Notes: generated by a model from the sequence alone, not told the origin. Shown: positions 38,853-52,388, counted from the first letter of the whole stretch. The stretch is 63,082 bases of DNA, filler included, from Reticulomyxa filosa (GCA_000512085.1; 20 parts of 20 records of this genome joined end to end with filler, not necessarily neighbours in it); one strand, 5' to 3'. A program made the numbers and translations.

Positions 38853-40135
38853 TATACGTATTGAAGACGTACATATGCATGTTATGAACATATGCCAATA
38901 AGGAGGATCTATGTATACGTATACGTATCGTATACGTAAAATATATATAATATATATATATATAACTCGGTGGTGGTGGTGCAGATGTAAGACTCGGTCT
39001 TGGACTTGGATAATTGGAGGTACTCCACAGTGTCTAAATAGACTCCACAGTTTTGAAGACTGTCAAAGCGGTATCCTCCGGCGATAAGAAGACCTTGGGT
39101 AGTTTGAAGATGTACCAACTGAGCACGAGAGCGTGTGTGACTAAAAGATGGCAAGACGTGCCACTTTTTTTCGTTGAGATGGAGGGCAAATGCGCAAGAT
39201 AGAGTGCGTTCATTAGTGTTGTATCCGTCACAAATGATAGCGACGTCAGAGTTATGATTATGCGCATCGCGACAAGTGACGAGACTCGGGAAGAAAATCC
39301 ACTCGTTTGGATAGCAAAGTTCGGATAAAATGTCACGCTTTCCGGTCAATAAATTGTCGACTTGAATGGCTCCATTATTTCGCAATGACATGACATTGAC
39401 ACTGCGGAACGTGGTGTCATGCGATTTGGCATTGCTGTCATCATCGACGAGAAATGTCGTCGTCGTCGTGAGCACAAACGGACTGGAATAAGGCGATAGA
39501 AGCTCGTCGATTTTGTCGGACAAAGGGCCGATGCGGTGAGCCACTTTGTATTTGACTCGCACTCGACATGATATCTCAAGCGACGCACGTTCGTTTGAAG
39601 TTTGGAGTGAGTGCTCCCAGAGTTGGAGCTGCTCCAAAGTTAAAAAGGAGTGGATCTCCGAAGTGGGGTAGCGCAGGTGCAAGTGGTTTGGGTTGCGCGT
39701 TTTTTTGGAGCCACTATGGTTATGGTCGCATATTTTGCTGTGATGTCTGACCTGACCTTGGGGGTGTTTCAAAAACGAAACGGTTCGAAATCCTCCTATC
39801 GATATCCATTCTTCTTGCCTCTTTTCATCCACTTCTTGCTTGCGTTGTGAATCTAAAAAACCAATCTCCAAATCAATTTCGTAGTATTCTAACGCTTTCC
39901 TTGTTGTTATCACCTCGTCCGCGTGAATCGTACCCGGCGCATGACCGTGACTCGAGCAACTGTGGTCATTCAAATCCATCTCGCTTTCCAATGTCATTTG
40001 CAGGTTCAACGAGTGTTCACTTAGCACACCATTTTCAATAATTGGAATGAACATATCTTTCTGTGAGAGAGAACCTTGCTCAGTTGCTTCTTTTTTGTTA
40101 GTGGTAACCACATCCTCATGACTCATTTCTTCCAT
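38853..40135 (-). CDS. Protein with beta-rich (FN3-like) N-terminal region followed by Kelch repeats; 3'-partial
   Basis: AIICDGYN..W..LPSFSHTRSRAQL..LLIAGGY..YLDTVEYL are Kelch-type units. Confidence 0.65.
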
Positions 40136-40386
40136 TTGTTCTCCCCCCCCCTTTTTTTTTTTTTTTTTTTTTTGAAAACGCCAATATATAAGTGTAACGG
40201 ATTTTCTATCTCGAAAGTTGAAAAAACGTTGCGGACCAATAAGTCTACGCTTTTTATATTAACAAGTTATAACTTTAAAACGCATTATTAGTACAGATAC
40301 TGGTCTCTCAATTACAACACCACAAAATTCCCAAATTTTTTTTTTGATCATTGTGACTTCAAACGAAAGTGCACAACAAACAGAAA

Positions 40387-40457
40387 ATGTCTGTTGTTGA
40401 TCAAATTAATGATTTGCTACGAATGGTGAATGCATTTGAGACAGATGCTCAGCATGC
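40387..40457 (+). CDS. Short first exon (MSVVDQINDLLRMVNAFETDAQH) of an unidentified gene
   Basis: ATG after an A-rich context, coding-like composition, GTAAGA donor; divergent from the 40135 gene. Confidence 0.4.
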
Positions 40458-40888
40458 GTAAGAAATTTCCTTTTCTGAGTTTGTACACGACGAGGCTTTC
40501 AATCGAAGATTAAGAAAAGGAAAGGGATGGAGGGAAGAAGTCTTTCCAAAGAAAAGGGATGCTAATCAGCTTGCCCCTTTCAATTTGTTTTCATCAAAAA
40601 AAAAAAAAAAAANNNNNNNNNNNNNNNNNNNNNNNNNNNNNNNNNNNNNNNNNNNNTTAATTAATTAANNNNNNNNNNNNNNNNNNNNNNNNNNNNNNNN
40701 NNNNNNNNNNNNACTCATTTTATAACCAAATTTTTTCATCTCCCCCTTTTTTTTTTTCCCCCCCCCCCTTGTCAAGAAATTTTTTTTTTTAGAATTTTCT
40801 TGGCGTTTCTCGTCCTCTGTTTCTTTGTGGCGAAATAGCGACAAAAAAATAAAAATAAATAAAAAAAATTAATAATAACGATAACATA

Positions 40889-41316
40889 CCTACACCACAT
40901 CCTTGAATAGCATGAGCTGCTGCGACTGTCACTTCATCATTTGTTGCATCTCGGTGTTGCAAACTCAAATCGTAGTAGTCAATGTTAATTTCTAAATACG
41001 GCAAAATAAGTTTTTCTTTGATCAATTGCCAAATGACACGGGTCATTTCGTCACCATCCATCTCCACTACGCTTCCTCGTACCGTAATTTTGCCTTTTTT
41101 GTTTCCATTTTTTGCTGAAGAAGTCGTCGACGCGCTTCTTTGCTGGATATTTGTGGTCAATCTATTCGAGCTAAAATAACGTAAACTTGACACTGTTGGT
41201 TTCACGCCCATCACACGTGGTCTGGCTGCCCAGTGTTGCACGCCTACTTTTCTCGACATTAAACGGCCCAATTCCATACTTTTACTCATTCTGCTATGAT
41301 ATTGCTTCACAAACAC
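40889..41316 (-). CDS. IDH2: NADP-dependent isocitrate dehydrogenase, mitochondrial precursor; first exon only
   Basis: [46 protein letters not shown]; long basic presequence. Confidence 0.95.
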
Positions 41317-41594
41317 AAAAGTTTGCTTTTTCTTATAAAAAAAAAGGACTTTTTCCCCCTTTCAACGAACCGACACAAACGTACTGATTTTTTGTTGAAG
41401 CCGGATAAGAGTAAGTTGAGTTGCAAAAGTACTTTTGATCTATTTTCATTAGGCAAATTAAGATGTAAATTTTGATGGAAGGAAGAAGTTTTTTTTAGAT
41501 ACGGGTTCAACATATGAAGAAGTAAACAGTTTTCCATTCAGCAAAAAAAAAAAAAAAAGAGCTTTTCTCCTAAGCTTATTCAGGCCCAACGTAA

Positions 41595-41954
41595 TCACTC
41601 AGTTTTCAAGGCGTGATCAGCATCCCATTTTGGAGGAATATGGAGTTCTCTTTCAGTATTCAAGGCGGTGACAGCAGAGTCCCAATATTGGGAAACACCA
41701 TACAACTTGACAAAAGTTTTGGCCTCACTTTCCGTTTCAAATTTCTTAAGTAAGAAGCCGTCAAAAGATTTTTTAGGAACAATTCCAGTCCATGCCAGTT
41801 TGCAAAAATTTGTGTTTTGAGTGTTGTTCTCATTGTTTTCCGAAGGTGCCTCATTGTGGCCATCTCCAAAATTGGAATTGGATTCCTTCCATTTAATCCT
41901 GTTCAGCATTAGATTCGTATAAAATCGTATACCCTTTGGTCCTTGTTGTGTCAA
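41595..41954 (-). CDS. PRPF3: U4/U6 snRNP protein PRP3, C-terminal exon
   Basis: GPKGIRFYTNLMLNRIKW..NFCKLAWTG..SF..E.EA..GVSQYWDSA matches the PRP3 C-terminal domain. Confidence 0.88.
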   Translation of the reverse strand: MTQQGPKGIRFYTNLMLNRIKWKESNSNFGDGHNEAPSENNENNTQNTNFCKLAWTGIVPKKSFDGFLLKKFETESEAKTFVKLYGVSQYWDSAVTALNTERELHIPPKWDADHALKTE

Positions 41955-42323
41955 ACCAATCAGCCAATCGTATATATATATATATATATATATNNNNNNN
42001 NNNNNNNNNNNNNNNNNNNNNNNNNNNNNNNNNNNNNTTAATTAATTAANNNNNNNNNNNNNNNNNNNNNNNNNNNNNNNNNNNNNNNNNNNNAAAAAAG
42101 GAAAGAATAGCATAGGCAAATGTGAATAATAACTTGATTTTAAATGATAATTGGATAAAAAAATATGTTGAGTATATAATAATACATTAACAGTCTGTCA
42201 CCATTTGTAAATATTCATACTTATTGAAATAAAAAATTAAATCAAATTTCACTCATATAACACTGTCCTGTTCGACTGATCCGAAAAAGAAATAATAAAA
42301 ATAATGAAAAATGGCTAAACACA

Positions 42324-44000
42324 ATGGACTATTCATTGATTTATACTCAGCAAAAAACAACAGAATTAGAAGATATTTGGAAAATAAAAAAAACAGCAGA
42401 CGCTGAGGATAAAGAAGTTGAAGAGAAAGAAGAAGAGGAAGAAAAAGAAAAAGAATTAGAAGTTCGTTATATTAGTATCCATGGTGAAGCAGGAACTGGA
42501 AAAAGTATATTTGTACAAAAGATTGCATATCTATGCAAACAAATGTGGAATGATAGATTTGAATTATTATTGCAAATTCCTTTGAAGAAAATTGCAAATA
42601 TATTTGAAAAAGAAATGAACAAAAATGGTCACAGATAATGAAAGAATTGAATATTCCACAATGGAATACAGATTACACAAAATGTATAGTGAATGAAAAG
42701 AATGAACTGTTGTTGGTATTGGATGGATTTGATGAAATTGAAAATGAATTGAATACAAAAAAGCCAGGTTTGAAACAATGGTTACAACATTGTACTGTAA
42801 ATCCAAATTATTTTATACTTATGGCAAGTCGTCCCAATGCAATATGTTCATATTTGGATAATAAGCAAGCAGACATGTTAATAAAAACATTGAATAATAA
42901 TCCGACTTTGCACTTATTAAGTCACACTCCATTATATTTACATTTATTTTGTTATCTTGCAAAACAAGAAATGAAAATCAAAATATTTGATAAATTAAAT
43001 AATATTTCAGTTTCAAAATTGTATGAAAAAATATTGAAATATTATATGAAATGGAATTGGATAAAATCGAATAAAAAAAATTAAAAATGTATATTCAATA
43101 TTTTTAAAATGGAGATTAATTATTTATCATATCTTGCATGGGGAGGATTGAAATATGGACAAGCAATCATTTCTTGTGAAATTCAAGAAAAAGTATTACA
43201 TTGTATTAAAATTGAAAATAAAAAAGATCCATCAGGATCTGGTTTATTAAATTTTTGGAAGTTATTACATTCACCATCACTTTGTCAATTATCTCCTATT
43301 CATCAAATGATATTAAATGTGCGTTGTCTGGATGTTTGTAAGCAGATTGATAATTTATTTCTTCAATCTCAAATTAAAAATTATCATAAATTCATTATTA
43401 ATTCATTCAAATCGTTTCTTGGATTAAAATTATATATCAATCACTTCATAAAGTAATAGAACAATGTTTATTCAATTTACAATATATTCTTATTCATAGA
43501 TCAACTTAAATTAATTAAAAAAATATTAAAAAAGAATAAAAATAGTACATTAGTAAATCGATTAAAATATTTAAATACATCACCACAAACATCAAAAATT
43601 ATAATAAAATATTGTGAACAAGGTTTTCAAGATGAAGACTATAATATTCGTAAAATATATATAATACATTTAAATCAATGGCATTGAAAACGTAAATCAA
43701 TGATATTTTAAAAATTTTATTATTAAGTATAAAACAATTGAATAATTTGTTTAATTATTTTGTTATTAAATAGAGATATTATGAAAATGTATTTAAACAA
43801 ATGCTCGAAATAATATTACCAAAATTTGATAATAAACAACTAGATATTGTACTTCAATGTTTAAAAAAAACTCTATGAACATGGTGTTACTCCGATTCGT
43901 GTTTACATCTACTTGAAATAATATCATCAAAGTTTAAGAACATCAAATAGATAATATATCTGAATTTTTGATAAATGGACTTAATTGTAGAGAGATTAAT
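42324..44000 (+). pseudogene. Decayed NACHT/STAND NTPase gene with helical-repeat tail
   Basis: Walker A IHGEAGTGKS, Walker B LLVLDGFDE, MASRP, HTPLYL; many frameshifts, stops and deletions. Confidence 0.8.
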
Positions 44001-44702
44001 AAAATTTAAAACCATGCAATATTTCAAACATTGGGAATCACAGTGACATGAATGTTGTTCAATGAGATCGATCCCAAAAGCAAACTTTGTGTGTTCTTCA
44101 TCATTGAAGTTGGGCTTTGATCATAGTTTATGCTTTTCACTTTCAACTGTTTTCAGATTGTCAATCACTTTCTTTCTGATCCATTCGCTTGCGTTCTTAC
44201 TTTATCTTTTTTTTTTTCATCATCTTATTATTTACATATGCAAAAGCTTGATTGCAATAAAGGTGAAAACTAAAAATATTACTTCTTCTTTTGCTTTTTT
44301 TTTTAAAGAGAATGTACTTACTTGTTTCAACATATACTTGCGACACATTGACTGTTGGCATTGTCTTGCAAGGTCCTGAAATAGGCAAAGTTGAGAATGA
44401 GGATCAGAAGTGAGAAAAACAAGTGAATTGGTGCAACATCAGTGAAAAGAACTGGAGGTGGTGCAGTGTTTTCAAACGAAGTGGAAGTGATTTGTGTCTT
44501 CTTTTGTCACTGTACATTGATGTTTCGTGTATATCATATTCTGTCATCAGCACTTTTTCACCACAAATAAAAAAGAATTTTGTGGAAAGTAAACAAAAGT
44601 TAACAGTTTCATTTCGTTAAAAAAAGAAAACTTACGCGAGTTTCAGGGCACGTAATTTCAAAATAAAATAATTCTTTTTTTTGCTTTGAATATCATAACA
44701 AA

Positions 44703-45506
44703 ATGAAAATAATTGTTTTGGCAGCAATTCTCATTGCTTTAGTTGCAGGAAATATTCCTTCTTATGAAACCTTGGTGAGTTGGTTTATTTTTTATATATT
44801 TTTTGCTCGGGTGGAAAACGTGAAAATGTTTGAAAAAAAAAAAGTGTCAAGACGGATGTGTGAACTGGTCGTCCAAACAATGTCAATGTACTTGTGACTA
44901 TGCCCAAGAAGCAGTTTCATGCTCTTCGGATTGCAATACCAAATTTGGGTACTTGGTGTGCACTGGTAAGAGAGTGAGTAGTAAGGTTTTCTATTCTTTA
45001 AAACGATTTTAAAAAATGGGTTTATTGTGAAATAGATTCTAGCCACCCTGTTTCCACATCCATTATTCGTGAACCTACCATTGTTATGCAATCTACTGGA
45101 ACCGAAACAGATTATGATGGTGATGATGAAGATGAAAAAGGTTGGCCACTCAAACATAAATTACTATTACTTGCATTTATTTGAAAACGTATACGATTAT
45201 TTAAAAAAAAAACTTGACATAAAAATTTGTAGGCCACCGTGGCGGACGTGTAGTTGGAGCAGTGTTGGGAACAGTCTCTTTGCTGTTTTTGTGTGTGATT
45301 AGCTGCTGCATGTGCAAACAGGTATGATGGGGGTTGAAAAAGAGATAACAACAAAAAGTTTGTGTATGCGGCGTTATCGAATAAAAATGTTTTGTTTTTT
45401 TTGTTCATAGGCTTTTTGCCGCTGTGAGGGCTGTCGCTATCAACGACGTTGCCATCAAAACAGATCACAAAACGGACGTGCCTATGCTGAATTGAACAGT
45501 GTTTAA
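44703..45506 (+). CDS. Small type-I membrane protein: signal peptide, 8-Cys ectodomain, S/T/acidic stalk, TM, Cys-rich tail; 5 exons
   Basis: Four GT-AG introns splice in frame to MKIIVLAAILIALVAG..CQDGCVNWSSKQCQCTCDYAQEAVSCSSDCNTKFGYLVC..VVGAVLGTVSLLFLCVISCCMCKQAFCRCEGC..RAYAELNSV*. Confidence 0.75.
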
Positions 45507-46109
45507 AACCAAACACATTTTTTTTCATCCTCCTTTCAAAACTGCTTTTCATTTAGATATGAATGCGTAATGGGTCTGTTTTTCCGATTCTTAAATACTG
45601 TTTTTTTTTTGGTATTGATAAGCAGAACTGATTGTTTCTCATTTGAATATTGTTGACCCACACTCTTTCGTTTACACTCTCTTTATGCGATACTCGCTTT
45701 ACACTTTTCATCCCTTCGTTCCCAAAAGGTAAATTTAGGTTCAATGGTCCAAATTTTTTGGTGAACACATTTAAATGTTTTGTATATTAACATCAGATTA
45801 AGCCATAACTAAAGCCGTCTCGCATTATTTTATATTAAAACTGGGGGGAATGTCCCAATGCACAAAAAAAAAAAAGTTTTATTAATCCGAAAAGAGAATC
45901 ATAAGTTGAATTTGTTGCCTTTTGAATTTACATTTTTTGTGATTGTATTACTTTTGGTATTTGATAGCAATTTTTTGTTGTCCCGAAGAAAGAAATTAAG
46001 ATATAGTTTTGCACCCTAAAAAAAGTTTTCCAACGGGGTTACTTTCCATTTTTTTTTATTTTTGTTGTGTTGCAATCAAATAACACAAGGTTTGCCCTTT
46101 CGCTGAATC

Positions 46110-46929
46110 ATGCCAGTTATTCAACTCCGTGTTGCCAAAGAAGTACCCATTCCAGATGGCGGTAAGTTGAATAGGAATTGACTTTTGTAAGGAACAAAAA
46201 AAACATTTGTCTTGAAACAACAACAAAATGGACAGTTAAAGTTCGAATTAGATCTCGTCAAGTCTTTGTAGAGGGGCCTCGTGGCAAGCTGTATCGCAGT
46301 TTCAAACACGCACAAGTAGCAATCCGCATTGTACCTTTGGGCAGTAGTCAACACGAAGCACCACAAGGAGTGGAAAAAAAAGAAACGGACAAGCTGGCTA
46401 TCTTGGTGGAAAAACGAATGAGCCGAAAGAAGAAATGCTCTGTTGTGAAAACGATTGCTGGACACATCAAAAATATGATGACAGGCGTCAAACAAGGATT
46501 TAGGTACAAAATGAAATTGGTCTATGCCCACTTTCCTATCACAGCAGCAGTCACCGATGAAGGAAAAAAAATTGAATTAAGAAATTACATTGGGCAAAAA
46601 ACAGTACGCAGAATTTCTATGATGGACGGAGTCAAAATTGTTGAACCTGGTTCCAAAGATGAATACTGGTTGGAAGGAAATGATATTGAAACTGTGTCGC
46701 ACAGTGGTATGTGTGGTGTTTATTTTTTTTTTTTGCCCTGAGAAAAAAAATAAATTGTGCGCATATGCGAGACTGAAAATAAGATTTTTTTGACTGTTGT
46801 TGGTGTTTGTTTTGTATAGCCGCAAAAATATGGCAATCGTGCAGAGTGACAAACAAAGATATACGCAAGTTCTTGGACGGTGTGTATGTCTACGCAAAAG
46901 GAGCCATTGGAGACGAAGTACCTATTTAA
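46110..46929 (+). CDS. RPL9: 60S ribosomal protein L9 (uL6), 3 exons
   Basis: [75 protein letters not shown]. Confidence 0.96.
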
Positions 46930-47861
46930 ATGCAAATAAGGAAAAGTGTTGTTCTTAACGTGTTTGAATTAAATCTTTGTGCATTTGTAGGTCAAAAGGC
47001 TCTCTGTCTTGTTTCAAATAAACCTTGCAATCTAGTTCAAAGAGGGAAAAAATTCAAAACACTGCTGAACTGTTTCTTTCGCTTTGGTTTTTGACAGTGC
47101 TTGATTTTTACAAACATTTCAAAACCATTTTTCTGTGGAAAGATAATTTTCGTAAACGGTTCTCATATTTTCTTTTAGAAATCAAGGAAAAAAGACAATC
47201 AGATGTTAGTGAAAATAGCTGTTGAACTAAAAAAAAAAAATGAAACTAATCAAATGACCATTTAAAATAGCCATCAAGAACAATATAAAATCAATCAATA
47301 ACATTGGACACTACAACCAACTTCAAAAAAAAGATCACTAAAATGAACCCCTACAAACATTTGCGATTTATTAATGAAAAACAATATTTTTTGAAATTTT
47401 TAAAAAATCTACAAATTGTGATGTCAATTGTACCTTCTCAGTTTGGTAAGAAACGACCGCTTGAGAGAACAATACAATTACTCGTGAAAAAATGATAACG
47501 ATTTTTTCACGATTTTCCACAAATATATTTTGGATTTCCAGAACGCGGAGATATCGCCTAAAAAAAACGGATGTTGAAAGGAGATTGATTTTTCATGAAT
47601 AAACATAAATATTTGCATGGGATTTTTTTGCTGTCAATCGCATCGTACCTTTTTCACGCAAATGAACAATTAAGGCAGAATACAGGAAAATAATGTTTGA
47701 TATTATTTGGAAACAGGTACTATTTGATGAGGTAGCGCAAATTGTAAAGACCAAAAGTTATTGATGGACAGTCCATACGAGCTCAGGATTCACAGAAATG
47801 CAAGAAATAATTTGGAAAAAAACATTAAAACAACAAAAAAAATAATTTGGGTGAATTGGTT

Positions 47862-48125
47862 TCAAGGACGATCGATATCTGCGTCCAAACCAAACGCGCT
47901 TGGTAAAGCATTTACGACATATTGAACAGCAGCCTTAAGCATGGATAAGCAAAAAGCAGCCTGTCCCATGGTAATGTTGTCTTCAGGCAGTATCAATTCA
48001 ATAAATCGAATGCACAAATGAGGATTTTCTAATTGCGATTGGATTACACAATAAACAACAATTGGAAATAGGATGTCATTGCCCAAGGGGACAAGTTTTG
48101 ATTTTTCCAACCCCTGACATTTCTT
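47862..48125 (-). CDS. VPS9-domain Rab5 GEF, last exon
   Basis: GNDILFPIVVYCVIQS..GQAAFCLSMLKAAVQYV matches the VPS9 DxxxP / GExxY..L..A pattern. Confidence 0.78.
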   Translation of the reverse strand, partial: KKCQGLEKSKLVPLGNDILFPIVVYCVIQSQLENPHLCIRFIELILPEDNITMGQAAFCLSMLKAAVQYVVNALPSAFGLDADIDRP

Positions 48126-48295
48126 ATTAGCTTGTTTTTTTTTTTTTGGGAGATTAAAAAAATAAATAAACTTGATTGAATTGATTTTTTTTTTTNNNNN
48201 NNNNNNNNNNNNNNNNNNNNNNNNNNNNNNNNNNNNNNNTTAATTAATTAANNNNNNNNNNNNNNNNNNNNNNNNNNNNNNNNNNNNNNNNNNNN

Positions 48296-48329
<34 letters not shown>

Positions 48330-48874
48330 CGGCGACAGCAGCGAAAATGCCCCCACGTCGAGGTTTGGCTCGCCGGTGGCGGACTCGCCCAAAAGACATA
48401 CGCCGTACGAAGATTCGAAATTTCTTTCGCCGACGCGAACAGCCACCAGGACACCGATCACTCCGTGGACTCCACTCACTCCACTCACGCCGCCTACTCT
48501 CACAGCCACAAACACGGCGACCGAGTTCAAGATGAAAGACCTGCCGGTGAAAAAGATTTTGGATCGCTATGATAACCGGCGCAAATATACACATAGCCAT
48601 TGCAGTGGCGGGAGGATATCCAAAAGTGGCCAACGAGGATATGGCCTGCGATACATGTTCACCAAATCTTTGCCTGGTTGCGTCATCGCTTTGCTGCAAT
48701 TTGAAAACCTGTTACAAAAACACATGCCCAGATTATATGAACACCTGTGTGTCAATGACATCAACATTCAATCCTTTGTTAGCGAATGGTTCATGACCTT
48801 ATTCTCTTATGTCTTGCCATTGATAGTCACCTTTCGAGTCTTTGACTTATTTCTTGTTGATGGCTTTAAAGTTT

Positions 48875-48908
<34 letters not shown>

Positions 48909-49325
48909 AATCTTTTTGGATCTCTTTGCATGCTTTTTGCTACTCCGCAGGCACTACATCGAATTGGATTGGCCATCCTATCACGTGCAAAAAGTTTGTA
49001 TATGTACACGTATAATAATTTTGTGTATGTTAATTATATAATACTTATAAATATATTTATTTATATACGGAACGAAACAATAGATCATTTGATGGCTTTG
49101 GAAGACGATGCCATTTTGATGTACTTGAAACAATTTCCTGATAGTGGCATATTTCTCAATCCGGACGATGAAGAAGATGGGGATACGTTCATCGAACATG
49201 CACTGTCTTTCAAAATGACAAATTCTGAATTACATCTCATTTGCACTGACTTACTTGCTAAAACTATGGCTCACAATGCCGATAACAATAGCTATGCTGT
49301 TTTTTCCAAGATTCACAAAAGATAG
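48296..49325 (+). CDS. TBC-domain Rab-GAP, C-terminal part, multi-exon
   Basis: LLQKHMPRLYEHL..SFVSEWFMTLFSYVLPL..FRVFDLFLVDG..LHRIGLAIL. Confidence 0.88.
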
Positions 49326-50272
49326 TTTTTTAAACATTTATAACGGGTTGCTTCATTAAATAAAATGCACCACCATTATTCATTATTACAAAAATACTAA
49401 AAAAAAAAACCGACGTTGTCCTTTCCTTTTTTTTTAAAAATTTTTAGTTTTTTTTGTTTTTGTTTTTGTTTTTTTTTTTTTTAAGCAGCGCATGGAACCT
49501 TCTTTTTTCATGTGTTGCAAAAACAAATTGGTTCTTTAATTTGTGTGGATATGTGTCATAAAACCTATTCATTGTTTGCACTTCTTTTCATTTCCCTTTT
49601 ACTTTTTCCTTTTTCTTTTTTCACTTCTTTTTCTTTACTTTTTTTTAATGTAAAACAAGTTCATTGAACGAAATCCATTGATGAAGAGAGGCTTCCTTTT
49701 TTTTGATTGTATTTTCCTTGCTCTCTTCCAGGACTAAAATAAACGAAAGTGGCTTTATTATTATTTGTTTTGCATTTTTTTTCCATTTTGGGTTCAAATG
49801 AATGAGGGAAAAAACTTTGGCGGTGGAGTGATTTTTGTTTGTTTTGCTTTTACGTTTTGTTTTTTCTTTTTGAGATAACATTTGAAAGGAAAAAATGAAA
49901 ACTGTTCAACTTAAAACTTGCGGAATAATACCTATACGTCGTGATGTATGGATAAAAACCACAAAAATTGTTTTGGTTTAAATTCTGTGTTGCAAATGTT
50001 TTTTTGACAGTGCTCTGGTTCGATTTTTTTTTCTCATTTTAAGACAAGCTTTTTTTTGGTGGTGGAAGTTTAAATTGCGTTTATCCATTAATTGGAACGA
50101 AAGAGTTTACGTTTTTTTTTTGTGCAAAGATCTCTTTAAAAAAAAGATTTTCATGTTAGAAGTTGATTCACTTCAATGTTAAAAAATTAATCCCTCCCTT
50201 GGATTTTCCCACAATAACGCAGCACAAGAGTACGGATCGTACCCTTTTTTTGGTTGTTGTCCGGCAAATTTC

Positions 50273-51396
50273 TCACTTGCAATAAGTTTCAAAATAAAAT
50301 TGAAAGTTTTTTTGTTCTGCGTCAGAAAACTTCTTTTTGACGCTTTCAAACATTTGGGACGGAAGCACTTTTTTCAAGTTGTTTAGCATTTCAAAGGTCT
50401 TGCGCAACGTGTCGAGCTCAACAACAGGAAGCATCGCCAATTCTGCACGTTCGTCATCATCATCGTCACAAGTACATAGCATAATTGTTTCATAAACTGA
50501 AGGCGCTCCGTGATACGTAGAGATATAAAAACGTAGAACAAATAAGGTGTGTTCCGCAGTTTTTTTGTCTTTAAATAATTCTGGTCCAAATCTATCAAAC
50601 ATAAAAGTGTGTCTTGTATTTTCCTTTTTTTAAAGTGATAATTTCTTAACTTTTCCACAAAAAACAACAAATTTTCGACAACATTAGTCATTTCTTCAAC
50701 ATCTTCGACAATTGGCAATAGACCGATCCACCAGCGTAGCGTTTCCACAATCTAAGAGCATGAAACAAACTCCTCTCCTCTCAACGCGTGCAAGCATGAA
50801 TATGTGTGTGTGTGTATATGTGTTAAACAAAGCAAGTAAAAATAAAAAGAAAGGAAAAGTAAACATTATCAGAGGGCTTGTTGTTACGAAGGATTTTGCC
50901 AATAGCTCCAACAGCATTTTCAAAAATCAATTGTTGCTTAGTTTCTTTTTCATCATCGTCCTCCTCATTGTCATTGTAGCCCTGACTTTCGATTTGTTCC
51001 TTCATTTTTTTGCGTTCCAGCCACGCCTTGGCGAGGGTCTGAAATCGTGGAAGCCAAGTAGTGGTTGCGTCAGGGAGCAAGCCTCTAGTGGCCAACATGC
51101 CGAGGGCATAAGTAGAGGTTTGATTGATCTCCAAATCATTTTCATTGAAACCAATGGAAGCATACTTATACAGATAAGACGCATATTCCGAAGCCTGGCC
51201 ATGTTCAACTGTATCGACAACGAAGCAAAGTCCTTGCAATCGTTGGCAGGCCGTGGATTCCTTTGCTTCAATCATGATTTTGACAAAAGGTAACAGACGT
51301 CCTTTGAACACGGGAACAAAGTCTTGATGGACTATTTTGTAAGTATATTCAATGACATCAATGCAATACGCGACCAATTGATCTTCGATTTCATTT
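50273..51396 (-). CDS. Importin-beta family (importin-5/4-like) C-terminal HEAT repeats, 3 exons, 5'-partial
   Basis: GLCFVVDTVEH, NQTSTYALG, FENAVGAIGKI and WWIGLLPIVEDVEE match the IPO5/Kap121 C-terminus. Confidence 0.8.
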
Positions 51397-51559
51397 NNNN
51401 NNNNNNNNNNNNNNNNNNNNNNNNNNNNNNNNNNNNNNNNTTAATTAATTAANNNNNNNNNNNNNNNNNNNNNNNNNNNNNNNNNNNNNNNNNNNNTTTT
51501 TTTTTTTTTTTTTTTTAAGACTTTGGCAAAAGTAGACGCTGGTAGTAGTACATTGACAT

Positions 51560-51792
51560 GCATAGACAATCCATGAAAAAACTCAACGAGTCATTTTCGA
51601 AGGAGAAAGCGTCTCAAAACAATCTTTATCATATTTTTTACTGCTCTCGGCACTTTTGCAAGACTCTTTTTTGGCGGGGTCATTTCCTTTTGTTTGATTA
51701 GAGTTTTTTACGTTTGTTGGCTCAACGTCATTTACTTTTACTGTCTGGTAGAGTTGTTGCAAGCGGCTAACCTTGTTCCTTTTTGTTGTCAT
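51560..51792 (-). CDS. First exon of an unidentified gene
   Basis: ATG-initiated hydrophilic coding-like frame running toward the contig end. Confidence 0.4.
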
Positions 51793-52388
51793 TGTTGTTG
51801 TTTTTATTCAATTTTTCTTATGATTTGAACAATGTCATGCATTGACATAATTTACCGTTGCTTGGAGGGCATGATGTTCAAAAATTTATGAACAGAAATT
51901 TGAAGTTATCACATACATCCTTTTTAGCTTTTTTTTCCCCGCAATATAAAACGATAGTAGTTGCAAGAATTTTTTTTCATACAAACTACTTGTCGGAAGT
52001 AATCCAAGCATGTCTGGATTTTACGCAATAGTACTGTGCAGAGATTAATTACGCAATAGATTGTTTAGATCTTGTTTTTTTTTCAAATTCTTATGTACCA
52101 CTTTTAACAAGTAAGCGCAAAAATTTCTTTTGAGTGGATAGAAATGCCATATTTTTTCAAAGATAAGAGAGCATTATTGCCCGAAAGTGAACAATAGAAG
52201 AAAAGTCAAGACCTTTTTTTTTTGTTGGCAGGGGTAGGTGAAAAAACGTGGACTAGAGGCCACTTCCTCAAATTAAATCTATTTTACATTGTTAGATTTT
52301 CTTACTTGTGTCGAGAAGCTAATTTGTATTGATTATTTCGATCTAACCATTTGTTCGTCACACGAGCTGGCTTTGTGATTGAAAATTA

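Noticed and set aside
47862-49325. VPS9 GEF next to TBC GAP as a Rab-regulation cluster
   Set aside because: They are separated by a linker, so they lie on different contigs and the adjacency is artificial.
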